Positions 1-12,318 of a DNA stretch of 64,000 bases are shown piece by piece. The notes beneath the pieces are model-generated. The model was not told the origin of the DNA. It worked only from the letters and a program-made list of their open reading frames with translations, and did not search any database. A program made the translations under genes and the position numbers. Origin of the DNA: Octopus vulgaris (lineage: Eukaryota); contig OX597817.1 in the NCBI GenBank assembly GCA_951406725.2, forward strand, positions 1,860,001 to 1,924,000, read 5' to 3'. Every line of letters begins with the position of its first letter. Positions within the stretch are counted from its first letter, which is position 1.

Positions 1-1962
1 ATTAGTGTTGATAGAACTGAGTAAAAAGTGTGCTTTAATAGCTTGTGTGAATATCCTATATCCTTTAATTCAACATTTCCTTGCACTTCACATCGCTTCT
101 TTGAAGAGAAATAAATAGTAAAGGAGAAAATAAAAATTCAAGCATATATACAGCAAAGCATCCAATGTCTTCAGAAGGCTTGACTTTATGATCATTAGCA
201 CACAGAAATCAGCAATGGAAACATTGTGTGAAGGTTTATTTACCACGTGTGCCTTCCCTTCAGCTATTATAAGACTGTAATCTTCAAATTGCAAATGAAA
301 AATGAATTTGAGAAGGGCTAACAAGGAAATTTTTTTCTTTTTTCTTTTCTTTGTTCTTTTTTCTCTTTTGCTCTTTTTCTCTTCAGATACCTTTAAATAC
401 TTTTCCGCCCAACGTCTTGATTTCTTAGCCGCTAGTATTTAAGATGGGACATTGAAGGTGATAATATTGATATGTAAATGTATAAATAAAAAAAGAAAGT
501 TTTCTTTTTCTTTTCTTTTCTATACAGTCTTCAGTCTGCACCCTAAACCCGAACAGTATGCTTTCCTAAAATTAACGAATATATGCAAAGTCTTTGTTGT
601 TACCGTATTTCCGATCCTCTTTTCCTTCTTTCTTTTATATCTACTTCAGCTCCCTTTAAATTACGGAACACTTGTATGCCAAGTGTATTTCAACAAGAAG
701 CAAATCTTCCTGCGATCTCTTTCAGCAAACCACTTTTCGAAAAGTTTTCGAAAGACAGTTTCATTTGTTGATTCACTGTTCTCGGGGAAAGGCAGGAGTG
801 TCACAAAAGTTTGCTTTGTCCCTCTACGAATTTCGGTTTTGAGACAACGTAATAGAATAACTGATTAAAATTCATGTTTTGCAGAATAAGGAGTAATATT
901 CTGCACAACCAAGTCCGGGACTTGGTTCCTATTCCTGTAACACCACTTTAATCCTGAGTGAAAACGATAAATCTTTTCACTTGACGGTAGATCAATACTT
1001 TGTGTGGTATAGCTCACCTCTAAAATTTGTAATTATAGTCTTGGCTGTGCAAAATATGTGCAATTACTATGAAATACTTTAGGAGATTGTGAAGCACAAT
1101 ATTTAAAAAGTTTTAAGTTTGTCTGCATATTTGTAACTATTAGGGGAGGAAACGGTTCTAAAATTTTGTTTGTATGAGATGAGAAATGCTTGACTTTTGA
1201 TATTCATTCGAATTGCATACCAAGCCCTTTGCCTCAAGATATTTTCGAGGTTCCTGTTATAGATTAGAATACGTGAGCGCTACTTGCTTAAGTAGATCTA
1301 TGACACGGAAAAGCTAATCAAATGGGGTGTTACTTATTATGGCCTATTTAGTAAATGTTCAAAATTTAGAATTCAAAACACGGGATACCTACTTGGAATA
1401 CAGTAGATCGTATGTTGAAGATGGCGTCGAAACATATCGAGTGAAGCTAACGAAGCCTCACTAAATTTACTTCACTGACTCCTGTTTTAAGGTCACAATT
1501 TATAGCTGTATATGCCCGGTTGTGAGGGTTTGAGAGTTAGTCTTGACATATATATGTTGTAGGTGATAAAAATGTGTAAGGTGCTTCTATTTAGGAAAGA
1601 ATACATTAAATAGGTCGTACATGTTGACAAAGAAAAGTGTTAACGGTATGATTTTAGACACGAGATACACTTGAGCTGGTATAAAGAGAAATCTATCCCC
1701 CAAAATAGAAAGCTTCCGGTTATAAATTGAAGCAAATGGCAGCCATGAAGCAAAACGCCTCTACTCTCCTGATACGAGAGCAGACTACGGGGCCCGGCAT
1801 ATAAGCTTTACTTTAGGCAAAAAGTTGGAGAGAGATAGGAAGAAAAACACACAAAAACATACACGTTGAAATACATTTGAGTAACTGTGGAAAAAATGTA
1901 ATTATGTACATGCTTGTAAGTATGTGTTTATGTGCATTCATGCTTTCACACACACACAAAGA

Positions 1963-2113
<151 letters not shown>

Positions 2114-2446
2114 GTGGGCAGAAAGTTACGAAAGTGTATCAAGGGCCAAGAGTTTCGAGAAAACCTCTTTGTAAACTTCTGCTGATTAAAAGCAAGAAAA
2201 AGTATATATATATTAGGCATTGAGTTCCGTTCTTGCTTGTTTTACAAAATACACTCATACACACACACACACATACACACTCATACAAGTGCACGTGCAC
2301 ACACGCATACGAATATGCATATATATATACATAAGTATATAAATATATACGCATACATATATATATAAATACATAAATATATAAATATATACGCATACAT
2401 ATATATATAAATACATACGTAATGTACATATACATACATAGAGACA

Positions 2447-2482
<36 letters not shown>

Positions 2483-2747
2483 CATATAAACATACACAAA
2501 CACACACATGCTGTTGACGCTATAAGAACTTATAATCTGAGACCGTCAACTAATTCTTTTGGGGTGAAATAAGAAACAGATAAAGTTATAATTAATTGCG
2601 TGTAAATATTGGATTAAAAATCCATTTGAATAGAAAATGCCGGAGACTGCACTTGCGACTCAAACTTAAATCTTCTGTAAACATGACAGATCTTTTATAC
2701 ATGCATACATACATACATACATACATACATACATACATACATACACA

Positions 2748-2837
<90 letters not shown>

Positions 2838-2840
2838 CAG

Positions 2841-2912
<72 letters not shown>

Positions 2913-3024
2913 TTACAGATCTACACAAATCAAAATTTAATATATAAAAGATGGAGGTGGAAATAGCACAGAAGTAAATCTAAGACATTTTAATTTAGAA
3001 AGAAGTTAATAAAATGATTTCAAA

Positions 3025-3145
<121 letters not shown>

Positions 3146-3824
3146 TACCGGTTTCATCTTATCAAGCATTAATAAAAACTTGGAATTGTAAAACTGTTTG
3201 TATTTATCTTCTGTTTGATGGTTAGAACATGTCTGGAGTTTTCCGTAAAGTCTTCTTTAAATATAGTTCGATGTAAATAATTTGGTATGGGGTTCAAGGT
3301 GTTAGAGAGAAAGCGAAGGGGTGTAGTTGCCTATTGCCTAAAAAATTTCTGTGGGTTCCTGCCGAGGGTGTTTAAAAGTATTTATTGAATGGGTTTTATG
3401 TCCAGCGGTATGTGTGTTTGTGTGTTTGTGTGTGTGTGTGTCTGTGTATTATGTTGAATATCCTTTCAATATGTTTGGAATGTGACCAACCGTGTGTTAA
3501 TGGGTGTGTATGTTAAGAATTATATTAAGGAATTAAGGTCTTCCCTTCGTTTGTTGTGTATGGGTTTCAACTGTTTTCTTTTGAGTGTCTTCAGCTGTTT
3601 GTATGGACGCGCGTCCGTGTGTGTATGCAGACATATAGATATATATTTTGGAAAAAAGATTTGCGAAATGGTGGGAAGTATTTTCCAAATCAATAGCATG
3701 TATAAATATCTTTAAGTGTCCGTTCTTATTTATTGATTGATAGTGGCTGTATCTATATTCCGTTGTGGCTTATATATGTTAACTAATTGCCTTTATTTAG
3801 TCTTTGTTGATGGTTGAAAAAGTC

Positions 3825-4135
3825 TGAGCACTTGTCGAGGAGAAAGATTTTGAAATTGGGTAAAACCGTTCCTGCACAGTCTGCAAAGTGGCTGCTTGAA
3901 GAAATTTTTCTTGTGTTTTTGACGCGGAACTGTTGGCTATAAGTCGTCATTCTCTTGCGTAACGATCCGCCCGCCTGACCTATGCAATTATGTTGGCAAC
4001 CATTGCATGTGACAATGAAGATCAGGTTTTCTGTGTTGTAGGTGAGACTGAATTCAACTTTGAACGTTTGATCATCTTTGAATTTAAATTAGGTGACGGC
4101 AAGTACCGCAGTCTGTTCCTCCGCATTGTACGGGA
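3825..4135 (-). mobile_element. Penelope-like retroelement GIY-YIG endonuclease fragment (decayed)
   Basis: Manual minus-strand translation gives QCGGTDCGTCRHLI, then (after a stop/frameshift) FKVEFSLTYNTENLIFIVTCNGCQHNCIGQAGGSLRKRMTTYSQQFR..RKISSSSHFADC..PNFKIF. This matches the Cys linker plus NLIY.I.C..C...YIGQTG..LR.R...H pattern of Penelope/Neptune-type endonucleases. Confidence 0.8.
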
Positions 4136-4370
4136 GTTGGGTTGGGAGTTTCTTTGTGTTATATAATATATATATATATCTAATGTAGGATAAAATTTTT
4201 TTGAAAAAAATTTTTTATCAATGGCCAGCATATTAAAGAATACCTTTAAAGGTTAAATTATAAACAACTAGCGTGCGTACTGGGGAAAAATTATATGGTT
4301 AATGGACAATATGTCCAATTTTCGGCATATTTGGCATTAGAAATTTTTTCGTTTACCCTTATTTATAAGT

Positions 4371-4460
<90 letters not shown>

Positions 4461-4571
4461 CATGTATATATATCTATCAATATATATGCGTGTGTGTATG
4501 TATATATGTGAGGATATATATAGAGAGAGATACGAGTGTACATATCTATGTACATATATGTGTGCATGTAC

Positions 4572-4605
<34 letters not shown>

Positions 4606-5044
4606 GGGTATGTAGATTTGTATACACTTCAAGTCAGTATATATAATTTAACTCGTTTCTCTTTGTATTTGTGTGTGTGTATGCGTCTATGCGTGTGTGT
4701 GTATCGAAAGCCAAATTTATGCAGCCATAAATAATGACTTAAAAAGTAGAGTTTCGCAGCCCCATATCTCTGTCTCCTGCTTGCACTCCCATCTCATATT
4801 CTCTTTCTCCGTTGCCTTCTTTTCTGCCTTCTCCTCGTCCACCTCTCTCACTCTTCTTTCTCATTGCTTATAAATTGCCATTAAGAATGTAAAAGTAACA
4901 TTCTCTCGTCGTCAAAAGTACTTTTTCCTCCACCGTTATTACCTAACTTTATCATACAGCCAACCATTCCCACATCACACACACAAATATATCATAACTT
5001 CATTTGGGTGTTAACCCTGGACTTTACTCACTCCATTCTCCTTG

Positions 5045-5080
<36 letters not shown>

Positions 5081-5083
<3 letters not shown>

Positions 5084-5241
5084 GAGTGGCTGTGTGGTAA
5101 GTAGCTTGCTAACCAACCACATGGTTCCGGGTTCAGTCTCACTGCGTGGCATCTTGGGCGAGTGTCTTCTGCTATAGCCCCGGGCCGACCAAAGCCTTGT
5201 GAGTGGATTTGGTAGACGGAAACTGAAAGAAGCCTGTCGTA

Positions 5242-5311
<70 letters not shown>

Positions 5312-5537
5312 GTGTGTGTGTGTATGTGTGTGTGTTTGTGTGTCTGTGTTTGTCCCCCTAGCATTGCTTGACAACTGATGCTGGTGTGTTTACGTCCCCG
5401 TCACTTAGCGGTTCGGCAAAAGAGACCGATAGAATAAGTACTAGGCTTACAAAGAATAAGTCCCGGGGTCGATTTGCTCGACTAAAGGCGGTGCTCTAGC
5501 ATGGCCGCAGTCAAAATGACTGAAACAAGTAAAAGAG
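5081..5537 (+). mobile_element. tRNA-derived SINE, family A (GGCTGTGTGGTAAG head), with internal (AT)n(GT)n tract
   Basis: A-box TGGCTGTGTGG, B-box GGGTTCAGTC and tail TGAAACAAGTAAAAGAG. More than 10 similar copies in the window. Confidence 0.92.
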
Positions 5538-5806
5538 AAAAAATAGAGAATACAAGAAAAGTTATATATTACATAAGTACATGCATATTTGCATGTCAAC
5601 AACCACAACATATTTCAGTTTTTAAGTATAATAGAATATTCAAACCCATAATTAAAGCCGGTTTATTACTTATATATTGCTTACGTTTTGGAGTTTCTTT
5701 TGTGGAGAATGCATGTGGATTATATTTGAAAGATAGATATAAAGTAGGGGGAAGTAAAGTGACAAGTAAGACCTTTTCTGTTACCGTATTATACCTTACT
5801 GAGAAA

Positions 5807-6360
5807 AACGGAGAGCTGGCAGAATCGTTAGCACGCCGGGCGAAATGCTCAGCGGTATTTCGTCTGCCGTTACGTTGTGAGTTCAAATTCCGCCGAGGTC
5901 GACTTTGCCTTTCATCCTTTCGGGGTCGATAAATTAAGTACCAGTTACGCACTGGGGTCGATGTAATCGACTTAATACCTATGTCTGTCCTTGTTTGTCC
6001 CCTCTGTGTTTAGCCCTTGTGGGTAATAAAGAAATAGGTATTTCGTCTGCCGCTGCGTTCTAAGTTCAAATTCCGCCGAGGTCGACTTTGCCTTTCATCC
6101 TTTCGGGGTCGATAAATTAAGTACCAGTTACGCACTGGGGTCGATGTAATCGACTTAATACCTATGTCTGTCCTTGTTTGTTCTCTCTGTGTTTAGCCCC
6201 TTGTGGGTAGTAAAGAAATAGGTATTTCGTCTGTCTTACGTTCCGAGTTCAAATTTCGCCGAGGTCGATAAATTAAGTACCAGTTGCGTACTTGGGTCGA
6301 TCTAATCGACTAGCACCCTCCCCCAAAATTTCGGGCCTTGTGCCTAGTGTAGAAAAGATT
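5807..6360 (+). mobile_element. tRNA-derived SINE, family B, tandem trimer
   Basis: Head GAGCTGGCAGAATCGTTAGC, B-box GAGTTCAAATTCC and core GCCTTTCATCCTTTCGGGGTCGATAAATTAAGTACC (resembles the MetaSINE domain, from memory). Three head-to-tail units, the last with a different tail. Confidence 0.9.
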
Positions 6361-6604
6361 ACTTACTGACAGAATAATACGTTAAAATAACATTTATTTT
6401 CTTTTGAACCTACAGTTTTACCTATACATACATGTATGTGCGTGTGTGTGTATAAGTGCACCACAGACACATAAATTTAGATAGGTAGATAGATATATAC
6501 ACGTGTACATATATATAATGATAAAATAATATTTCTATTCATTAAAAATATATATACGTATTATAGATACATACTTACATGTGTATGTGTGAGCGCGCGC
6601 TTGT

Positions 6605-6635
<31 letters not shown>

Positions 6636-6801
6636 AGTGGTTGCGAGTTGGCAGGGTCGTTGTCACGCCACGCGAAATGCTCAGCGGATTTCTTCCTTCG
6701 AGATTGGCTTTCGTACTTTCGGGATCGATTAAATAAGTACCAGCCAAACACACAGGTCAATGCAGGTCAATGCTGTCGACTAGTTTACTCCAGCTAAAGT
6801 T

Positions 6802-6849
<48 letters not shown>

Positions 6850-7774
6850 ATCTATCTTATTTCACAAATACAGATTAGCCAAAGCAGTTTGACACACAGC
6901 TGTGCATAGGGAAGTAGCAGCCATCGATTTTATCGACATAAACCAGATGTGATATTGACGAACTATGCTTAAACTCAAGATGCTCTGATGGATTTCCAGC
7001 GATTCTCTTAAAATATGCCAAACCGCTGAAGATACTTCGCCAGAGCTTCTAGTAAGCTTCTGAAAAAGATAATATAAGACAGAAATAATGAAGATCATGA
7101 AAATATCTTACTTCTCATTTTATTTTCTCCTACTTTGTATATATCTTTCAAACCTGATGAATAAAGGAGGAAGTAGAATTTACGCTAAAAACTACAAGGA
7201 GCAGCCTCAAACAGGTATATAGTATGTGACTGAGTTTTGAAACAACAGCTCAATGATATAACTCCTCTTTAAAAAATCCTTCGATAAATAGGTCATGGAA
7301 GGATATATCACAAGCTGTTTGATCTCAGCATAAATGGGTAACTTGGAAATCACTGCACGACGTTTTAAAAGAAAAGAATCAGTTATAGCCAATGATGGCA
7401 GACAGGACATTAGTTCTTCAGGGAGCCGTACAGTTGTTTGGGGTGCTCCCGGATATGCAGACAACCACTCTCAAAAGTTTGTAGCAAGTGTTTGACTAAC
7501 TGAGTTGGAAAAGATTCATTCAAGAGTAAAAAATAAAAAAAAAAGAGATGATAGAAGATTATTAGTGGTCAAAAATGAGAGGTAGGAAGGAGGGGAAAAA
7601 AGCTTAAATAACCAACTCAATGTATGCACCAACTGCCAGAAGTACAGATATAGCAGCATAGTGCATGGAGACTTCTTAGTCAAAATTTGCAGTGAGTGCT
7701 CAACACTATGCACAACATATGAGGCAGAGCAGTATGCGTATATGCATGGATGTATTATGTGTGTGTATGGGGGT

Positions 7775-7954
7775 ATACACACACACACACACACATACAT
7801 ATATACATACATGAATACATGAACACGCATATATATACATCCATACATATACATACATATATACATACATACATACATACATATGTATATATATATACAT
7901 ACATATATATATACATACACACATATATATATATATACATACATATATACATAC

Positions 7955-7989
<35 letters not shown>

Positions 7990-8035
7990 GTATATATATA
8001 TATACATACATATATATATACATACATATATATAT

Positions 8036-8076
<41 letters not shown>

Positions 8077-8232
8077 TATAGATACATATAATATATATAC
8101 ATATACATACATATATATATATACATATACATACATATATATATACATATACATACATATATATACATATACATACATATATATACATATACATATATAT
8201 ATACATATACATACATATATATATATATATAC

Positions 8233-8265
<33 letters not shown>

Positions 8266-8410
8266 CATACATATATATATATACATACATGCATACATAT
8301 ATATATATACATATATATATATATACATGCATATATATATATATATACATGCATATATATATACATACATACATATATATACATACATATGTATGTATAT
8401 ATATATGTGT
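7775..8410. repeat. ~630 bp degenerate (AT)/(ACAT) low-complexity block
   Basis: Directly visible. Source of the 290 aa and 303 aa spurious ORFs. Confidence 0.95.
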
Positions 8411-8610
8411 GCGTGATCGCGAACGTGTATGTGGTGTGTTTGTATCTGTATCAGTGTTATTACTTTTGCACACCTGTCTGGTTAATTGTTCCTCTTCTTC
8501 GTTTGTACCTATATATCTGCACATACACATGGACACAGGTCCCCACCACAAACATGTACGTATCAATGAATGTAGGTATGTACGCATGTATGTATCTATA
8601 TATGTATGTA

Positions 8611-8686
<76 letters not shown>

Positions 8687-9097
8687 TGCATGTATCTATG
8701 CATGTATGTATGTGTGTGTGTATGTGTATGTATTGTATGAACTTCAAATAGCTAAATAGATATATATCATATTCAGTAAGACATGGTTTCGATGGAGTGT
8801 CCATACGTTAGGATGTTTTAATGTTCCTTTCGCACCTAGTAGTAGCAATATAATTAATAGTTACTCTACAGAACTTTCTAAATATAATTATCACGTTAGT
8901 AGATCTAGTAACGTTGCGTTAGGGTGGAATGGATTAATAGGGAATTGGGTAGGTTGTAGGAGTAGCGGTGGCTAGGACTGCAAGAGGTGGGTGATAATTG
9001 CTTTGATCTGGAATAAATTTAGCATTTCTAGGTGCAATATATTTCAGCTGGGGTTTTCTGAACACACACATACACACAGGTATATATATATATATAT

Positions 9098-9164
<67 letters not shown>

Positions 9165-9577
9165 TGTATGTATATATTCGTATACATTCATATAATATAT
9201 GTGTTTTTGTGTGTGTATTTATTTATCTGTTTATTATTTCATACATACACACGTCTGATATATGTCTGTGTGTATGTATCATTTATGAATCTTTTGAAAA
9301 TGGGTTTTTTGTTGTCGTTTGTTCCTTTTTTGATGTTTTTGAGAAAAACGTTTTGCTCTGAAGTTTCTGCCGAAATCGTTTATTTATAATTTCGGGAGTT
9401 GTAAATTCTCACCTTTAAAAAATGGCGGTTTGTGGATGCGGAACGTATAAATGGCTCTGATTTGGTTACAGTAATACTTTAAACGAGATGACGGGTAGAA
9501 AAAAGTGGGTATGAATTTGATATCAGAAGAGTTTACTTTTCTCCCCTATGCATACTAAAGAATAATTCACTTTACTG

Positions 9578-9617
<40 letters not shown>

Positions 9618-9840
9618 TTTCTTGACCACGCATGTCGCATTTTGTCTCACATCGAAAGTTCATAAAATGTTTGTTTATACTTTGCCCTTTTAATGATTTG
9701 TTAATGTTGATAATTGTGCTTCTCATTTTTACTTTATTGCAGAATCGACCATAACTGCAAATGACTGGTGGGTTCCTTTGTTGTTCGTCCCATTACTGTA
9801 TACTTTTGAAAACCAGAAAGAAAATTCATTCATCTTAAAG

Positions 9841-10140
9841 CAGTGCTTCTCGGACTATCTGATGTGACGTACCGGCAGTTTTTTTTTCCAATGTCCCAGG
9901 GACCGGTAATATTTCTTAGTAGTATTAGTTTATATCGGAAACAATATATAATATAATGAATATAATAAAAGTTGACAATTTTTTTATCTTATATTTTTTG
10001 TAAACAAATAATACAATATTATATAAGCATTACATAAGCATTTTATAATATTTCTTTTCTGGAAACTCGCCGCGTACCGGCGGCAGCTGATGGCTCGCGG
10101 ACCGGCACCGGTCCGCGGATCACCACTTTGAGTTGCATTG
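9841..10140. mobile_element. hAT (Charlie-like) non-autonomous MITE, 300 bp
   Basis: Imperfect TIRs CAGTGCTTCTC...GAGTTGCATTG. Perfect 8-bp TSD TCTTAAAG at 9833-9840 and 10141-10148. Confidence 0.88.
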
Positions 10141-10225
10141 TCTTAAAGTACAAAAGTGACAAGAACAACAATACAACCTGTAACAGTTGTTACGAAAAGA
10201 AAGAAACACGTACGACAGGATCAAT

Positions 10226-10435
10226 AACATGAGTCCTACCGGCACCAGCTCAACATGAGTCCAACCGGCACCAGCTCAACATGAGTCCTACCGCCACCAG
10301 CTCAACATGAGTCCTACCGGCACCAGCTCAACATGAGTCCTACCGCCACCAGCTCAACATGAGTCCTACCGGCACCAGCTCAACATGAGTCCTACCGCCA
10401 CCAGCTCAACATGAGCCTACCGCCACCAGCTCAAC
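10226..10435. repeat. Minisatellite, 8 copies of a 26-bp unit (AACATGAGTCCTACCG[G/C]CACCAGCTC)
   Basis: Units start at 10226, 10252, 10278, 10304, 10330, 10356, 10382 and 10408 (the last has a 1-bp deletion). No spacers. Confidence 0.95.
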
Positions 10436-10899
10436 GGGTCGACTGAAAATTTCAGGAACATACGACAACATTATCACCACCAACACTATCGCTTCCATTG
10501 CAGTTCATAGCTTTATCTCCAATAACTGCTGTGGCAACAACAGCGAAAACAACACAATATCTCTCTCATCAGTATGACATGAACCAGAGAGCAAGTACAT
10601 TTACAGAGGGAACAAATGAAAGAAGCCAAGGGGATCATAGAAGATGGGTACAAATGACATTTTTAGTCATACCATGCAATGCAGAAAAACACATCATAAT
10701 GTATTTGTGTGAGGAGTATCTGAAGTAAGATAAAAAGAAGACCTTCGTTATTCGTGGTATGGAACTCTGCGCAGACATCTACAAATAAATGTCTGTGGGT
10801 TTCCCGATGCATTTTTTCTTTTCAATTATTCGCCTCGACTGGCAAACGGTAGCAAACTTTAGTATTCATCTCGATGACCTGTCGTAGCTCTCAGTGCGT

Positions 10900-11700
10900 T
10901 GCGAAAAGCTGATATCAACAGCCGTAATGCAGTTGGTGGTCAGATTATGGACAAAGCGCAAAAATGCGGTTGATACTTGTCTCGATAGTATCGTAAAGAG
11001 AGTAAAGACCTACACGATCCAGAATAGACATCATCTAGCTCATGTGAAATATCATACAAGAGGAGAGTAACATATCTGTGTCTTTTCAATTTGGATCACT
11101 CTAAATCTTTTGACAGGGTTGGACACCGTTCTTTGATGACTATTCTCAGAAGTTTGTTTCGTTCCGTTTCCAGAGGTTTTGCTACTACATACAGACTAAA
11201 CATCTACCTATCAAAACAGTTTCGGATCACACACTCGGACCATCAAATGTGCTTTCTTTCACCTCTTCTGTATGTACTGATTCTCGTTTCACTGCTGCCG
11301 AAACTAGACGTGTTGGGATACGAAAGATGCGAACGTAACCATAATGGTGCCTGATTGCAACAGAAGTCGAGATGGTCAGCACCATTCTAAATGAATGCGA
11401 GGTGTTGATACGAGCAAAGATTAACCCGAGTAAGCTGGTGAGATTGCACCGCGACACCTGGAGATACATTTCTGTGCAATTGGTCAGTGTTGTGATTTGC
11501 TGAACTAATCAAGTGCTCCGGATCTGTTTTGGTTCGAACTTCTTGATGGTTAGAAAGGAAGAGAAATGTTACAAACAGATTGGACATCGCGCTCAGAAAC
11601 AGGGAAAGAAAAAGTTATCCTTGAAATGTTGACTCCTACCATCACTGGACTTGCATACTCACAATCTTGTGGTTCATTGAAAATGACCGATAGATTAAGT
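10900..11700 (+). mobile_element. Decayed Tx1/L1-type LINE reverse transcriptase fragment
   Basis: LDHSKSFDRVGHRSL (cf. LDQ.KAFDRVDH) and CFLSPLLYVLILVSLL (cf. QGCPLSPLLY.L..EPLL). Many stops and frameshifts; boundaries approximate. Confidence 0.8.
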
Positions 11701-12183
11701 ACCAGACTTAATATCACAAGTACTGGGAACGATTTGTTCAACTGAACCCTTCAATAAGGTACAAAAGTACGGATGCTGTCCAATGACTGAAAGAAGTAAA
11801 AGATGATAATACCATCAGCTGAATTTACGAGTTATCTTAGGCTACATGAGCAGATGAACGAACAAAAGTCGAAGGAACGATGAATAATAAACCGCAACCA
11901 TGTGAAAACATAAACCAGTTTTATATATCTATACAGTAATTCAAATTTTATATACCCGTATGTCTTTTACTTGCACAAACAATGCAATGTCTGGTTAAAA
12001 TGTTTATCTCTATGTACTTTGAGGTATGAACCCGTGTACTTTAAAATGTTTCAAGTGAATTTGACCACCAGAAATATCAGAAAAGATTTCGTTCATTTTT
12101 ATACAGATATATTGCACAAAAATGTTCACCCTTTCTTACGACAAATAAAACGAAAAGAACGCGCAGATTGACATACATGCAAA

Positions 12184-12193
12184 ATAATAATAA

Positions 12194-12261
<68 letters not shown>

Positions 12262-12274
12262 ATATCAGTATTAA

Positions 12275-12317
<43 letters not shown>
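12184..12317. repeat. (TAG)n trinucleotide microsatellite
   Basis: Directly visible. Confidence 0.95.

Positions 12318-12318
<1 letters not shown>

Noticed and set aside
452-1500. 138-aa ORF and surrounding complex sequence, including TTGAAGA..GAAAC at ~1415-1433
   Set aside because: No recognisable domain in the frames I translated. The hammerhead-like core is mutated and has no stem I. Probably decayed TE but unassignable.
6862-7520. Complex sequence with short ORFs as possible exons
   Set aside because: No recognisable protein motif or convincing splice pair.
7516-8617. Long ORFs of 290 and 303 aa, and the many similar [12 protein letters not shown] ORFs across the window
   Set aside because: These are translations of stop-free microsatellites with no protein signal.
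10226-10435. Possible CRISPR array
   Set aside because: The repeats are contiguous with no unique spacers, there are no cas genes, and the context is eukaryotic.
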